This document shows, in pieces, positions 36,874-47,989 of a DNA stretch of 64,000 nucleotides. The position numbers were made by a program, and so were the translations under genes. The stretch spans positions 32,001 to 96,000 of the forward strand of contig CAWBOC010000007.1 in assembly GCA_963790305.1 (NCBI GenBank), read 5' to 3'. How positions within the stretch are numbered: the stretch's first letter is position 1; every line of letters begins with the position of its first letter. The DNA comes from an uncultured Gemmatimonadaceae bacterium. Lineage in GTDB: Bacteria > Gemmatimonadota > Gemmatimonadetes > Gemmatimonadales > Gemmatimonadaceae. Below the pieces are notes generated by a model. The model did not search any database. It was not told where the DNA came from and saw only the letters and a list, made by a program, of their open reading frames with translations.

Positions 36874-38685
36874 CTATTGAACTCTCATCCTCCTCACCTG
36901 GATCTCGTGACTCAACCTCGTCGCCGCGATCCAGCGGCCATCGGGGGACACCTGGGGGTGAAGAAGGTGGGCCGTGCTGCTCGACAGGCGCCGCGGTACT
37001 CCACCGGCGGCCGGAATGGCGAAGAGCTGCATGCGATTCCCGCTCAACGCGCTGTAGATCAGCATCTTTCCGTCAGGCGTCCAGTCGACACCGCCATAGG
37101 TACGCATCGGGTAGTCGACGAGCTTGCGCGCCGCCGTTCCGTCGGATCGGATGACCCACAGGGCGTGACGCCCGCCCGGCATCGCTTCCTCGATCGCGAT
37201 CTCCTCGCCGGCCGGGGACCACGCCGCCATCTCGGCGCCAGTCAGGGCCGGCGGTAGAGGTAGTCGAATGCTCGACGTCGCACGTCCCGCCGCGGTGTCG
37301 AGGGCAATCACGAATGGGAACGAGTGCCGAGTCCCCAGCGAGCGGTCGAACGACGTGAAGACGAGCCGAGTGCCGTCGGGCGCCCAGTCGGGCGAGCCGG
37401 CCTCGAGACCGAAATCGGTGAGCCGAACCTCGGCCGTGGATGGCGCGCCCGCCGCTCGGAGGTAGATGTCGTCCGTCGCGCCGGAATCCGAGTAGGATGC
37501 GACCGGCCGGCTCGAGCGATGCGAGTGATACGCGAACCAGCGCCCGTTAGGCGACCATACCGGAGGAAAGTCCTCGTGGTATCCGACAATGAGCGGGCCG
37601 GGCGGTGATGTCGCCAGAATGGCGCTGTCGACCTGCACCGCGCCTCCGTCCCAGTTCAGTGCCCAGTCGGCCGCGCGCCAGTCACCGTAGAAGTATCCGA
37701 TCTGGCGGCCATTGGGATGCCACGTCGGTGCCTGTGCGTCCTCGATCACCGAGTGCGGCTCACCTCCATTGATCGGGACGGAGACTACCGAGAAGGTGAC
37801 CCGCGTCGACGTCCAGTGGAGGTGGCCGCCCACGAGCAGCGGGTTCGCGTCATCCCCGGTCGTGGACGCGATCACCCTGCGAGCGCCGGTCGCGAGATCC
37901 AGCTCGTAGATGTCGAGATCGCGGTCGGCCCGCGGGTCGTGGCGCTCCTCGGGCATGGGCGTCCGCTCGCTGGCGAGCGCGACGTAGGCGCGGCGGCCAT
38001 CGGCGGCGACGGCGATACTGGTGCCAGCGGGTTCGGCGTCCAGCTCGCTCGCGATGAGACGCATTTCCCCGGTTCGCGCATTCATGCGGTGAAGCGAGGC
38101 TAGCCCGGCGCTGTCCGGCATCATCACGAGCAATGCCGAGGCGTCGGGATACCATGCGAACGCCCGGGCCCTCGCCGTCATCGGAACCACCCTCCGACCG
38201 GAGCGCGCAACGAGGTGCAGCATCCATTGCGAGCCCAGCGCCTCCTGGTACGCCACCGACTCGCCGTCCTCCGACCACTGCGGAACGGCGGCTGCCGCGA
38301 CATCGATGCTGCGCAGGGTCCCGGAACGATCGCGCTCGTACCAGCCGGCGGCATCACCGCGCCGGCCGCGCACCGCGATCTCCCCCGAGGGACGAATGAC
38401 GACACCGGTGACTTCGTCGACGCCCGCCCACGCCTCCATCGGCAGGGCCCCGTGCTGCACGTCGATGAGGGCCACCCCTCCCCTGCTCGCGAACACGAGA
38501 CGTCGTCCGTCAGGCGCGACAGACGTCGCGCGCGCGAAATACTCCTCGAACCAGGTGGTCGCGTCGTGCGAGTGAATGACCTGAGAGGTCGCGGGCGCGC
38601 TCGGAATGGGCGTTTGTACGCATCCAGCGACGGCGTACGTCACGACGACCACGCGCGTGAGCGCAGCAAGGCGGGCTTTATGCAC
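36874..38685 (-). CDS. TolB-like double beta-propeller (PD40) lipoprotein
   Basis: Lipobox VAGC; repeated WSPNG/WAPDG/WTPDG/VSPDG motifs; start approximate. Confidence 0.8.
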   Translation of the reverse strand: MHKARLAALTRVVVVTYAVAGCVQTPIPSAPATSQVIHSHDATTWFEEYFARATSVAPDGRRLVFASRGGVALIDVQHGALPMEAWAGVDEVTGVVIRPSGEIAVRGRRGDAAGWYERDRSGTLRSIDVAAAAVPQWSEDGESVAYQEALGSQWMLHLVARSGRRVVPMTARARAFAWYPDASALLVMMPDSAGLASLHRMNARTGEMRLIASELDAEPAGTSIAVAADGRRAYVALASERTPMPEERHDPRADRDLDIYELDLATGARRVIASTTGDDANPLLVGGHLHWTSTRVTFSVVSVPINGGEPHSVIEDAQAPTWHPNGRQIGYFYGDWRAADWALNWDGGAVQVDSAILATSPPGPLIVGYHEDFPPVWSPNGRWFAYHSHRSSRPVASYSDSGATDDIYLRAAGAPSTAEVRLTDFGLEAGSPDWAPDGTRLVFTSFDRSLGTRHSFPFVIALDTAAGRATSSIRLPLPPALTGAEMAAWSPAGEEIAIEEAMPGGRHALWVIRSDGTAARKLVDYPMRTYGGVDWTPDGKMLIYSALSGNRMQLFAIPAAGGVPRRLSSSTAHLLHPQVSPDGRWIAATRLSHEIQVRRMRVQ

Positions 38686-38770
38686 GACGCGAGTCTGCTC
38701 GCGTCCCCTCGCAGCGTCAAGAACGGCTCTGCCGCTTCCGGCGTTCATCATCGGCTCTAGATTACGAGAC

Positions 38771-41560
<2,790 letters not shown>

Positions 41561-41615
41561 GGACTGAGGAGTGCGATTGAGTTGCCTCCTCTCACAAGGC
41601 CACGCATAAGTCCCA

Positions 41616-42176
41616 ATGGCCGCAATTTCACAGAAAGCATACGGCGCTACGCTTCGCGAGACCAACCGGGCGGTCATCGCCAGAATTCGGAGCTCCGTCT
41701 CCGGGATCGACGCCGCGGTCATGGTTCGTCGGCCACCAGCTGGAGGGTGGAGCGTCGCGGAAGTGCTCGAGCACCTCATCATCTCGGCCGACTCCTACCT
41801 CGGCGCCATCAAGGCGCTCGTTAAGCAGAACGCCGGCGTGACTGCGAACGGGGACGCTGCGTGGAAAGCGACGCTGGCCGGTGGGTTGCTCGTGTGGAGC
41901 TTCAGGAGCCCGCGCAAGCTGCCCGCGCCCAGGAGCTATAAACCCGGCCCCTCGCCCCGGCCGCGCGTGCTCGAGGAGTTTCTCCAGCGACAAGAGGAGG
42001 TCGGCCGGCTCATTACCGACAGCGCCGCGCTAGACTGGCGTCGGCTGCGAATGCGCTCGCCGGTCGCCCCGATCCTCCGCATGAACCTCGGCGACGCGCT
42101 GACGATTCTCGTCACCCACGCCGAGCGGCACGCCGGGCAGATCGAGCGAGCTCTAGCCGCGGTCAGAGGGCAGTGA
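41616..42176 (+). CDS. DinB family protein
   Basis: GWSVAEVLEHL ... HAERHAGQI. Confidence 0.9.
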   Translation: MAAISQKAYGATLRETNRAVIARIRSSVSGIDAAVMVRRPPAGGWSVAEVLEHLIISADSYLGAIKALVKQNAGVTANGDAAWKATLAGGLLVWSFRSPRKLPAPRSYKPGPSPRPRVLEEFLQRQEEVGRLITDSAALDWRRLRMRSPVAPILRMNLGDALTILVTHAERHAGQIERALAAVRGQ

Positions 42177-42217
42177 CGAGCGAGGAAGCGCGGGACGTTG
42201 TATCCCTGCCTCCTTCC

Positions 42218-42958
42218 TCATTTCCCGTTCTTTTTCAGCCTCGCCGCGATAAACCACGTCCGATACATCGCCGTCCCCAGGCTTCCGACGCCGATCACGG
42301 CCACGGCGAGACCCAGGATCGTTCCCGGTCGCCAGCCGGCGCGCGCGCTGAGTGGTGCATCCAGTAACGCCGCGAGCGCGAGGAGCACCAGGCGCTCGGC
42401 CCGCTGCATGATCCCGCCCTTGCAGCTGACGCCTAACGCCTCGCCTTTGGCGCGAGTGTAGCTCACCAGCATCGATCCGCCCAGCGCAAGCACGGTGGAC
42501 AGCGCCATCCAGGGCGTATGCGCAAGGCGGAGGGCCAGCCCAGTGTAAGCGAAGGTCTCGGCGAACCGATCGAGCGTCGAGTCGAGGAACTCGCCGTACT
42601 CGTTGGCGAGGCCGCGGGCGCGGGCGATGCGACCGTCGAAGATGTCCGCTGCCCCGCCGAGCAGCACCAGCCAGCCGGCGACCGCGAAATCACCGGTCGC
42701 GAACGCAATGCCGGCCCCCAGCCCGAGGGCGGCCCCGAGGAAATTGAAAAAGTCCGGAGAAAGGCCGGCCCGGACGAACCCGCGCTCCATGGGCCCGATC
42801 ACCCACATGAGCCAGTCGCGCACCCAATGGCCGAGCAGGATCGTCTTGGGCCGCCGAGCAACCTCCGGGTCGATGGGTCTGCCCCGCGACACGATTGCGT
42901 ACACGGGCATCGTGAGCAGGAGCAGTCCCACGAGCGAAAGCGAAATAGTCTGAGTCAT
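42218..42958 (-). CDS. CDP-alcohol phosphatidyltransferase (PIP-synthase-like)
   Basis: DIFDGRIAR...GEFLDSTLDR, LVSYTRAKGE, GIMQRAER. Confidence 0.93.
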   Translation of the reverse strand: MTQTISLSLVGLLLLTMPVYAIVSRGRPIDPEVARRPKTILLGHWVRDWLMWVIGPMERGFVRAGLSPDFFNFLGAALGLGAGIAFATGDFAVAGWLVLLGGAADIFDGRIARARGLANEYGEFLDSTLDRFAETFAYTGLALRLAHTPWMALSTVLALGGSMLVSYTRAKGEALGVSCKGGIMQRAERLVLLALAALLDAPLSARAGWRPGTILGLAVAVIGVGSLGTAMYRTWFIAARLKKNGK

Positions 42959-42973
42959 GACATGCTGGAGAAA

Positions 42974-44023
42974 TCAACTCGTTGGGGGGCGATTCTCCCC
43001 CGATCCCTGACTCCTGATTCCTGGCCCCTGCACCTGGGGCCTCGTCCGCACATACTCGATCACCTTCGGCCAGAGAAAGATGAGCGGCCACCGGCGCTCT
43101 CGCTCCGTCAGCACTATGGTGCGGCCGCTGCGGCGCGCGATCTTCTGAACGATGTACTCGAGCCAGCCCTCGTAGAGCGCGACGTACTTGAGCCACCGGG
43201 CCGTCGCGCGCGCCTTGCTCCTGAGAAACCAGAGCCGGCTGGCCACCCGCCGGGAGACGTTCGCAGGCCGAGTCAAGCGGTAGACATTCCCCTCCTTGGC
43301 GGCTATGCTTGACGCGACAAGCCATTGCAGCAGGCTGTCATAGACGGGTAGGACCACATCTCGCTGTGCCGCGATTAACGCGGCGATACGCTCACCACCT
43401 TCCGGGCGAATTTCCGCGGCGAACGAAGTTTCCAGCAGTCGTCGGCAGTACGATTCCGCATTGAAAACCGAAGGGAGATAGGGGCGGCTCCAATCGAAGG
43501 TGCCAACCCGCGCGTCGAGAAGCGCATCCAGGGCTTCCTGTCGCGAACGCGCATCGCGCGTCCAAACGAGTTGGACGTGCTGGAAGAGGCGGCCGCGCGT
43601 AAAGTGGTCGGCCGCGCGCGGGGAGCAGAGGCGGCGGAGGTCGCGCACGGAGATCACGGCGCACTTGGCTCGCAGGGTCCGGTTGGGCTCTCTCAACGTC
43701 AACGAGATGACGTTGGGCGGGAGGACATGGGCGAGCGCAGTCGCCGTCCGAGCCGAGTAGCTCGGACGCACCGTCGAGCTCAGGGACCGATAGGCATCGG
43801 CGTAGCGATCCACGACGACGAAAAAGTCGTGAGCGCTATCGGGCCGGGCATCCGAGCTCTGGGCGTGGGAGCCGTAATGGATGATGGCCGCGGTTGTTGG
43901 GCCAAAGGACTGGGCAAGGAACGTCGCGAGGCGGCCGGTGTCCGCCGAGGGCTGGGTGTCGACGCCGCGAAGCAGGGCGGCGCGACGCACCGGGTCGTCA
44001 GGCGGCCGAAGCGGACGGGCCAC
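42974..44023 (-). CDS. Tam41/Mmp37-like nucleotidyltransferase (putative lipid-phosphate cytidylyltransferase)
   Basis: IIHYGS...HDFFVVVD nucleotidyltransferase signature, GRLFQHV and SFAAEIR-E segments resembling Tam41; flanked by lipid genes. Confidence 0.6.
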   Translation of the reverse strand: MARPLRPPDDPVRRAALLRGVDTQPSADTGRLATFLAQSFGPTTAAIIHYGSHAQSSDARPDSAHDFFVVVDRYADAYRSLSSTVRPSYSARTATALAHVLPPNVISLTLREPNRTLRAKCAVISVRDLRRLCSPRAADHFTRGRLFQHVQLVWTRDARSRQEALDALLDARVGTFDWSRPYLPSVFNAESYCRRLLETSFAAEIRPEGGERIAALIAAQRDVVLPVYDSLLQWLVASSIAAKEGNVYRLTRPANVSRRVASRLWFLRSKARATARWLKYVALYEGWLEYIVQKIARRSGRTIVLTERERRWPLIFLWPKVIEYVRTRPQVQGPGIRSQGSGENRPPTS

Positions 44024-44812
44024 CTATTCGGTGGCGGCGCGAGCCGTGCGCATGGCGTCGAGCTCGGCGACCATGCGGTCGCGAAGGCCGTCGATGAAGT
44101 CGTCGAGATTGCTCGATGGAGGCGTGAAGGGGCCGAGGATGTGAACGGAGCAGGTCGCACCGGCAAATCCAGTTGCGGCATCGAAGGTGGTTCGGGCGTG
44201 CCAGAGGCCGTCGGCGACGATGCAGTACACCGGACGCTTCGCGCGCTCCAGTACCAGTCGCAGTCCGGTGCGCATGAACGGGGCGATCTGGCCATCACGG
44301 GTGCGGTGGCCTTCGGCGAAGATGAGCATGGAGGTGTCGCCACGTGCGGTGGAGTCGGCCGCTTCGGCAATCGCGGGGAGCTCGAGGCGCAGATTTTCGC
44401 GCTTCTGCGACACGACGGGAAAGCGGAGAAGCCGGATGAGGCTGGGCATCCCTGGAACGCGAGCGTTCGCGTAGCGATCGCGGGTAGGGATGATGGGATA
44501 GGGTCCGGGAATGAGGAGAACCCCGACCGGGATGTCCATGACGGACTGGTGGTTCATGATGACCACCACGCTCTCTCGGGGAACGGCGCCTTGCACCTTG
44601 AGGCGCATGCCGCCGAAGGTGCGAGCAAGGCCTGTGGTGGCAATGGCGTGCAGGCGAAGCCAGACGCGCCGGATGCGCACGTTGTGACGAGGAAAGAGCT
44701 TGAGGAGCGGGGGAATCAGCAGTCGGTTTCCCCCCGCGATGACGACGAACAGGTAGACGGAGAAAGCGAGCAGGAACAAGAGGCTCCGCGCGGCACGGTA
44801 GGCTCGTGTCAC
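44024..44812 (-). CDS. PlsC/lysophospholipid acyltransferase family protein
   Basis: NHQSVMD (HxxxxD) and FAEGHRT motifs; N-terminal TM; start approximate. Confidence 0.9.
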   Translation of the reverse strand: MTRAYRAARSLLFLLAFSVYLFVVIAGGNRLLIPPLLKLFPRHNVRIRRVWLRLHAIATTGLARTFGGMRLKVQGAVPRESVVVIMNHQSVMDIPVGVLLIPGPYPIIPTRDRYANARVPGMPSLIRLLRFPVVSQKRENLRLELPAIAEAADSTARGDTSMLIFAEGHRTRDGQIAPFMRTGLRLVLERAKRPVYCIVADGLWHARTTFDAATGFAGATCSVHILGPFTPPSSNLDDFIDGLRDRMVAELDAMRTARAATE

Positions 44813-44900
44813 TCGTGAGGCGGGCGCCGGCAAAGCGGGGGAGTCCGCCGGCGAGGCGCCGAGGGCGTCGGAGCTGATGGTATTCACAGGGAGATCACCA

Positions 44901-46178
44901 ATGGCAACACGAGTCGAAGCGCCGGCGAGCATGAACGTCCTGGACTACGACTATAGTAGTTTTTTCTACTCGTCGAGCGACGACCCGTTCGCGATTCTCG
45001 AGCCGTACAATGAATGGTACAACCGGGCCGTGCCGCAGGGCTACTACCTGTTCGCGCAGCCCATGTCGACACCGCCAGCGGCGCGCATTTCGCTCGAAGA
45101 GCAGCTGAATTGCCGCACGGTACCGCTGCTCAATCTCTCGTCGTACAACTACCTCGGGATGTCGTATCGCCCCGAAGTGATCGAAGCGGCCAAGCGCGCG
45201 CTCGATCGCTACGGACTCGGCGCCGCGGGATCGCCCATCCTCTCGGGCACGATGGACATCCATGTGGAGCTCGAGGAGGCCATCGCGAAGTTCAAGGGGA
45301 AGGAAGCAGCGATGGTCTTCCCCACCGGCTACAGCACCAACGTTGGCATGATCTCGGGCCTCATGCGTCCGGGCGACTGGATCATCGCCGACCAGAACTC
45401 GCACGCCTCGATCGTGGACGGCGCCATTCTCTCGAAGGCGAACGTCCGCTTCTTCCGCCACAACAACCCCGCGGATCTCGAGAAGAAGCTGCGACAGACG
45501 GCCGGGAAGAAGCTCGTGGCCGTCGAGGGCATTTACTCCATGGACGGGGACGTCTGCCCGTTGCCCGACATCGTCGAGGTCTGCAAGAAGTACGGGGCGC
45601 GCATCCTGCTCGACGAGGCGCACTCCTGCTTCGTCTACGGGCCGAACGGGCGCGGAGTGGCCGAGCACTATGGGCTCGACGAGGAGATCGACATTCACGT
45701 CGGCACCTTCTCGAAGGCGCTCGGCGGGCAGGGCGGCTATGTCGCCGGCTCCCGCAACCTCTACAACTACCTCAAGGGCTTCGCTCGCTCACGCGTCTTT
45801 TCGTGCTCGCTCTCGCCGGTGGTGGCGTCGGGCGTGCTCGAATCGTTGAGCATCGCGCAGCGAGAGCCCCAGCTGCGCGACGCGCTCTGGACCAACGTCG
45901 CGCACATCCGAAAGCGGCTGGACGAGGAAGGGGTCGATGTCGGCGATTCGACGTCACAGATCTTCCCCGTCATGATCCGCAACGACCGGCGCGTGTTCGA
46001 GGTCGGGCACAAATTGCTGCGCGCCGGGTTGTACCTGCAGCCGATCATCTATCCCGCGGTCGCCAAGCACCGCTCGCGTTTCCGCGTGTCGGTCTCGGCC
46101 TCGCATACCTTCGAGCAGCTGGACGAGGGCGTGTCCATCCTCGCCCGGGTACTCCGTGAAGAGGGGATCATTCTATGA
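44901..46178 (+). CDS. Alpha-oxoamine synthase, serine palmitoyltransferase-like
   Basis: SSYNYLG, FPTGYSTN, DQNSHASIVDG, EGIYSMDGD, DEAH, VGTFSK (PLP Lys); GGGAG RBS. Confidence 0.8.
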   Translation: MATRVEAPASMNVLDYDYSSFFYSSSDDPFAILEPYNEWYNRAVPQGYYLFAQPMSTPPAARISLEEQLNCRTVPLLNLSSYNYLGMSYRPEVIEAAKRALDRYGLGAAGSPILSGTMDIHVELEEAIAKFKGKEAAMVFPTGYSTNVGMISGLMRPGDWIIADQNSHASIVDGAILSKANVRFFRHNNPADLEKKLRQTAGKKLVAVEGIYSMDGDVCPLPDIVEVCKKYGARILLDEAHSCFVYGPNGRGVAEHYGLDEEIDIHVGTFSKALGGQGGYVAGSRNLYNYLKGFARSRVFSCSLSPVVASGVLESLSIAQREPQLRDALWTNVAHIRKRLDEEGVDVGDSTSQIFPVMIRNDRRVFEVGHKLLRAGLYLQPIIYPAVAKHRSRFRVSVSASHTFEQLDEGVSILARVLREEGIIL

Positions 46179-46864
46179 GCGACAATGGGTTCGTGCAGTA
46201 TCACTATCGGGACGCCATCGGCGGCTTCTTCGAGTTCCCGACGGACAACGCGCGGGCGCTGCTCCCGCAGGATCTGCAGCCGATCGAGCCGCACCACGGG
46301 TCGAGCGTTCTGTCGGTGATGGCGTTCGATTTCCACGACAGCCCGGTGGGCTCGTACGGCGAGCTCATCCTGTCGATTCTCACCGCGCCGCGCGTCGAGC
46401 CGGGGCAGCCGTGGCCGAAGTCGGCGTTCTTTCCATTCCGCCTGGCGACGACGACCCGCGAGTCACGCGAGCACGCGATCGAGCGCTGGCACCTGCCGCA
46501 TTACATGAAGGACATCGATCTGCGGTGGGATCGGGGCGATGGCCACGTGACGATTCACGCCACGGAGCGCGGGCAGCCGATCGTCGACATGACCGTCACC
46601 GAATTCGAGTGGTCGCGCGTCGAGCATCGCTATCAGGCCTTCATGCACGACGAGGAGGGCTTCTACTCGTCGACGATCGTGATGGCCGGCCAGTTCTCCG
46701 AGAACGAAGAGGAGAAGGGCGGGATCGTCATCCACACCCAGGCGATGACGGAGCTCCTCGAGGACTGGGAGCTGACCACGACGCCGTTCCGCGAGCTGTG
46801 GATGAAGAATGGGGTGCAGACGTTCCATCCACTGCAACAGCTGGCCTCTTACGCGCGACGCTAA
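46175..46864 (+). CDS. Acetoacetate decarboxylase-fold protein lacking the Schiff-base Lys
   Basis: ARALLP..L, SPVGSYGEL, and ERWHLPH where the family has ExWGxPK; ATGA-coupled to the SPT-like gene. Confidence 0.7.
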   Translation: MSDNGFVQYHYRDAIGGFFEFPTDNARALLPQDLQPIEPHHGSSVLSVMAFDFHDSPVGSYGELILSILTAPRVEPGQPWPKSAFFPFRLATTTRESREHAIERWHLPHYMKDIDLRWDRGDGHVTIHATERGQPIVDMTVTEFEWSRVEHRYQAFMHDEEGFYSSTIVMAGQFSENEEEKGGIVIHTQAMTELLEDWELTTTPFRELWMKNGVQTFHPLQQLASYARR

Positions 46865-46869
46865 GAAAA

Positions 46870-46992
46870 GGGGTCAGGAGTCAGGAGTCAGGATCAGGGG
46901 GTGTCGGGGAGGAGGTTGCAGGAGCTGCGCGGGCAGTCTCCTCGAACCTTCCCCCTGACACCCCCTGGTCCCTGACTCCTGACTCCTGACCC
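46870..46992. repeat. About 125-bp dispersed hairpin element with GGAGTCA heptamer arms (copy 1)
   Basis: Closely similar to the reverse complement of 61138-61263. Confidence 0.85.
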
Positions 46993-47001
46993 TGGTCATT
47001 C

Positions 47002-47898
47002 ATGCCCAATAAGGTCTGCGTCATCGTCAATCCGGCCTCCGGCCGGGGCTCTGGCGCGCGCGCGCTTCCGGCGATCCGCGCGGCCTTCTCGGCCGTCGGC
47101 GTGTCCGAGGTCCGCCTCACGAGCGCGAAAGGTGGCGAGGGCGCGGACGCGCGTAAGGCGCTCGACGACGGCTTCGATACCATCGTCGCCTGTGGAGGCG
47201 ACGGCACCTGGGGGAACGTCGCCAACGCGGTGATCGCTGCTGGCGCGGGTCGCCAGGCACGGCTCGCCCTCGTCGCCACCGGCACCGGCAACGACTTCGC
47301 GAAGACGGTCGGTGCGCCGGCGCGAGATTTCCCGGCCACGGCGCGTCTGGCGGTGAATGGCTCCGACATGATGGTCGACGTCGGCCGCATCGAGGGCCGT
47401 CATTTCCTGAACGTCTCCGGGTTCGGCTTCGACATCGCCGTCCTCGAGGACATCGAGCGGATCTCCTGGCTGAAGGGAGACATGCTCTATCTCTATTCCG
47501 CAATGCGGCAGCTCTTCAGCTACGGCGGTGTGGAGGTCGGCATCGCGACGCCTCGAAAGCGTCGGGATCCGCAACGGCATCTCATGTTGATCGTGGCGAA
47601 CGCGCGGAACTTCGGGGGATCGTTCAAGATCGCGCCGGGGGCGTCGGTCACGGACGGAAAGCTCGACGCAATCTCCATTCACGACGCGGCACCGCTCGCG
47701 CGCATGCGCCTCTTCGCGGCGGCGACGAAGGGAACACACGTGATGGCGCCCGAGGTGCTGGTCGAGCAGTCTCCGAGCTTCACGCTGGAGTTCCCGGTGC
47801 CACCGGCATTCGAGACCGACGGTGAATACCAGCGTGCTTCCGGCACGCTGATACAGATTGATTGTGTACCGCAAGCACTTCGCGTCGTGATACCTTGA
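47002..47898 (+). CDS. Diacylglycerol/sphingosine kinase family lipid kinase (YegS/BmrU-like)
   Basis: IVNPASG, GGDGT, GTGNDFA, GFGFD, FGGSF, DGE. Confidence 0.93.
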   Translation: MPNKVCVIVNPASGRGSGARALPAIRAAFSAVGVSEVRLTSAKGGEGADARKALDDGFDTIVACGGDGTWGNVANAVIAAGAGRQARLALVATGTGNDFAKTVGAPARDFPATARLAVNGSDMMVDVGRIEGRHFLNVSGFGFDIAVLEDIERISWLKGDMLYLYSAMRQLFSYGGVEVGIATPRKRRDPQRHLMLIVANARNFGGSFKIAPGASVTDGKLDAISIHDAAPLARMRLFAAATKGTHVMAPEVLVEQSPSFTLEFPVPPAFETDGEYQRASGTLIQIDCVPQALRVVIP

Positions 47899-47901
47899 GA
47901 A

Positions 47902-47983
47902 CGAATGCGGAATGCGGAATGCGGATAGAACATCAACGGCCCAGGCTGTTCATGGTTAATCCGCATTCCGTATTCCGCATTCG
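47902..47983. repeat. GCGGAAT heptamer tandem inverted repeat
   Basis: cgaatgcggaatgcggaatgcggat facing atccgcattccgtattccgcattcg. Confidence 0.8.
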
Positions 47984-47989
47984 TTCTTC

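Noticed and set aside
44901..46178. bioF or kbl assignment
   Set aside because: Motifs and lipid-gene context favour an SPT-like enzyme; no bio or tdh operon is present. Not fully excluded without a phylogeny.
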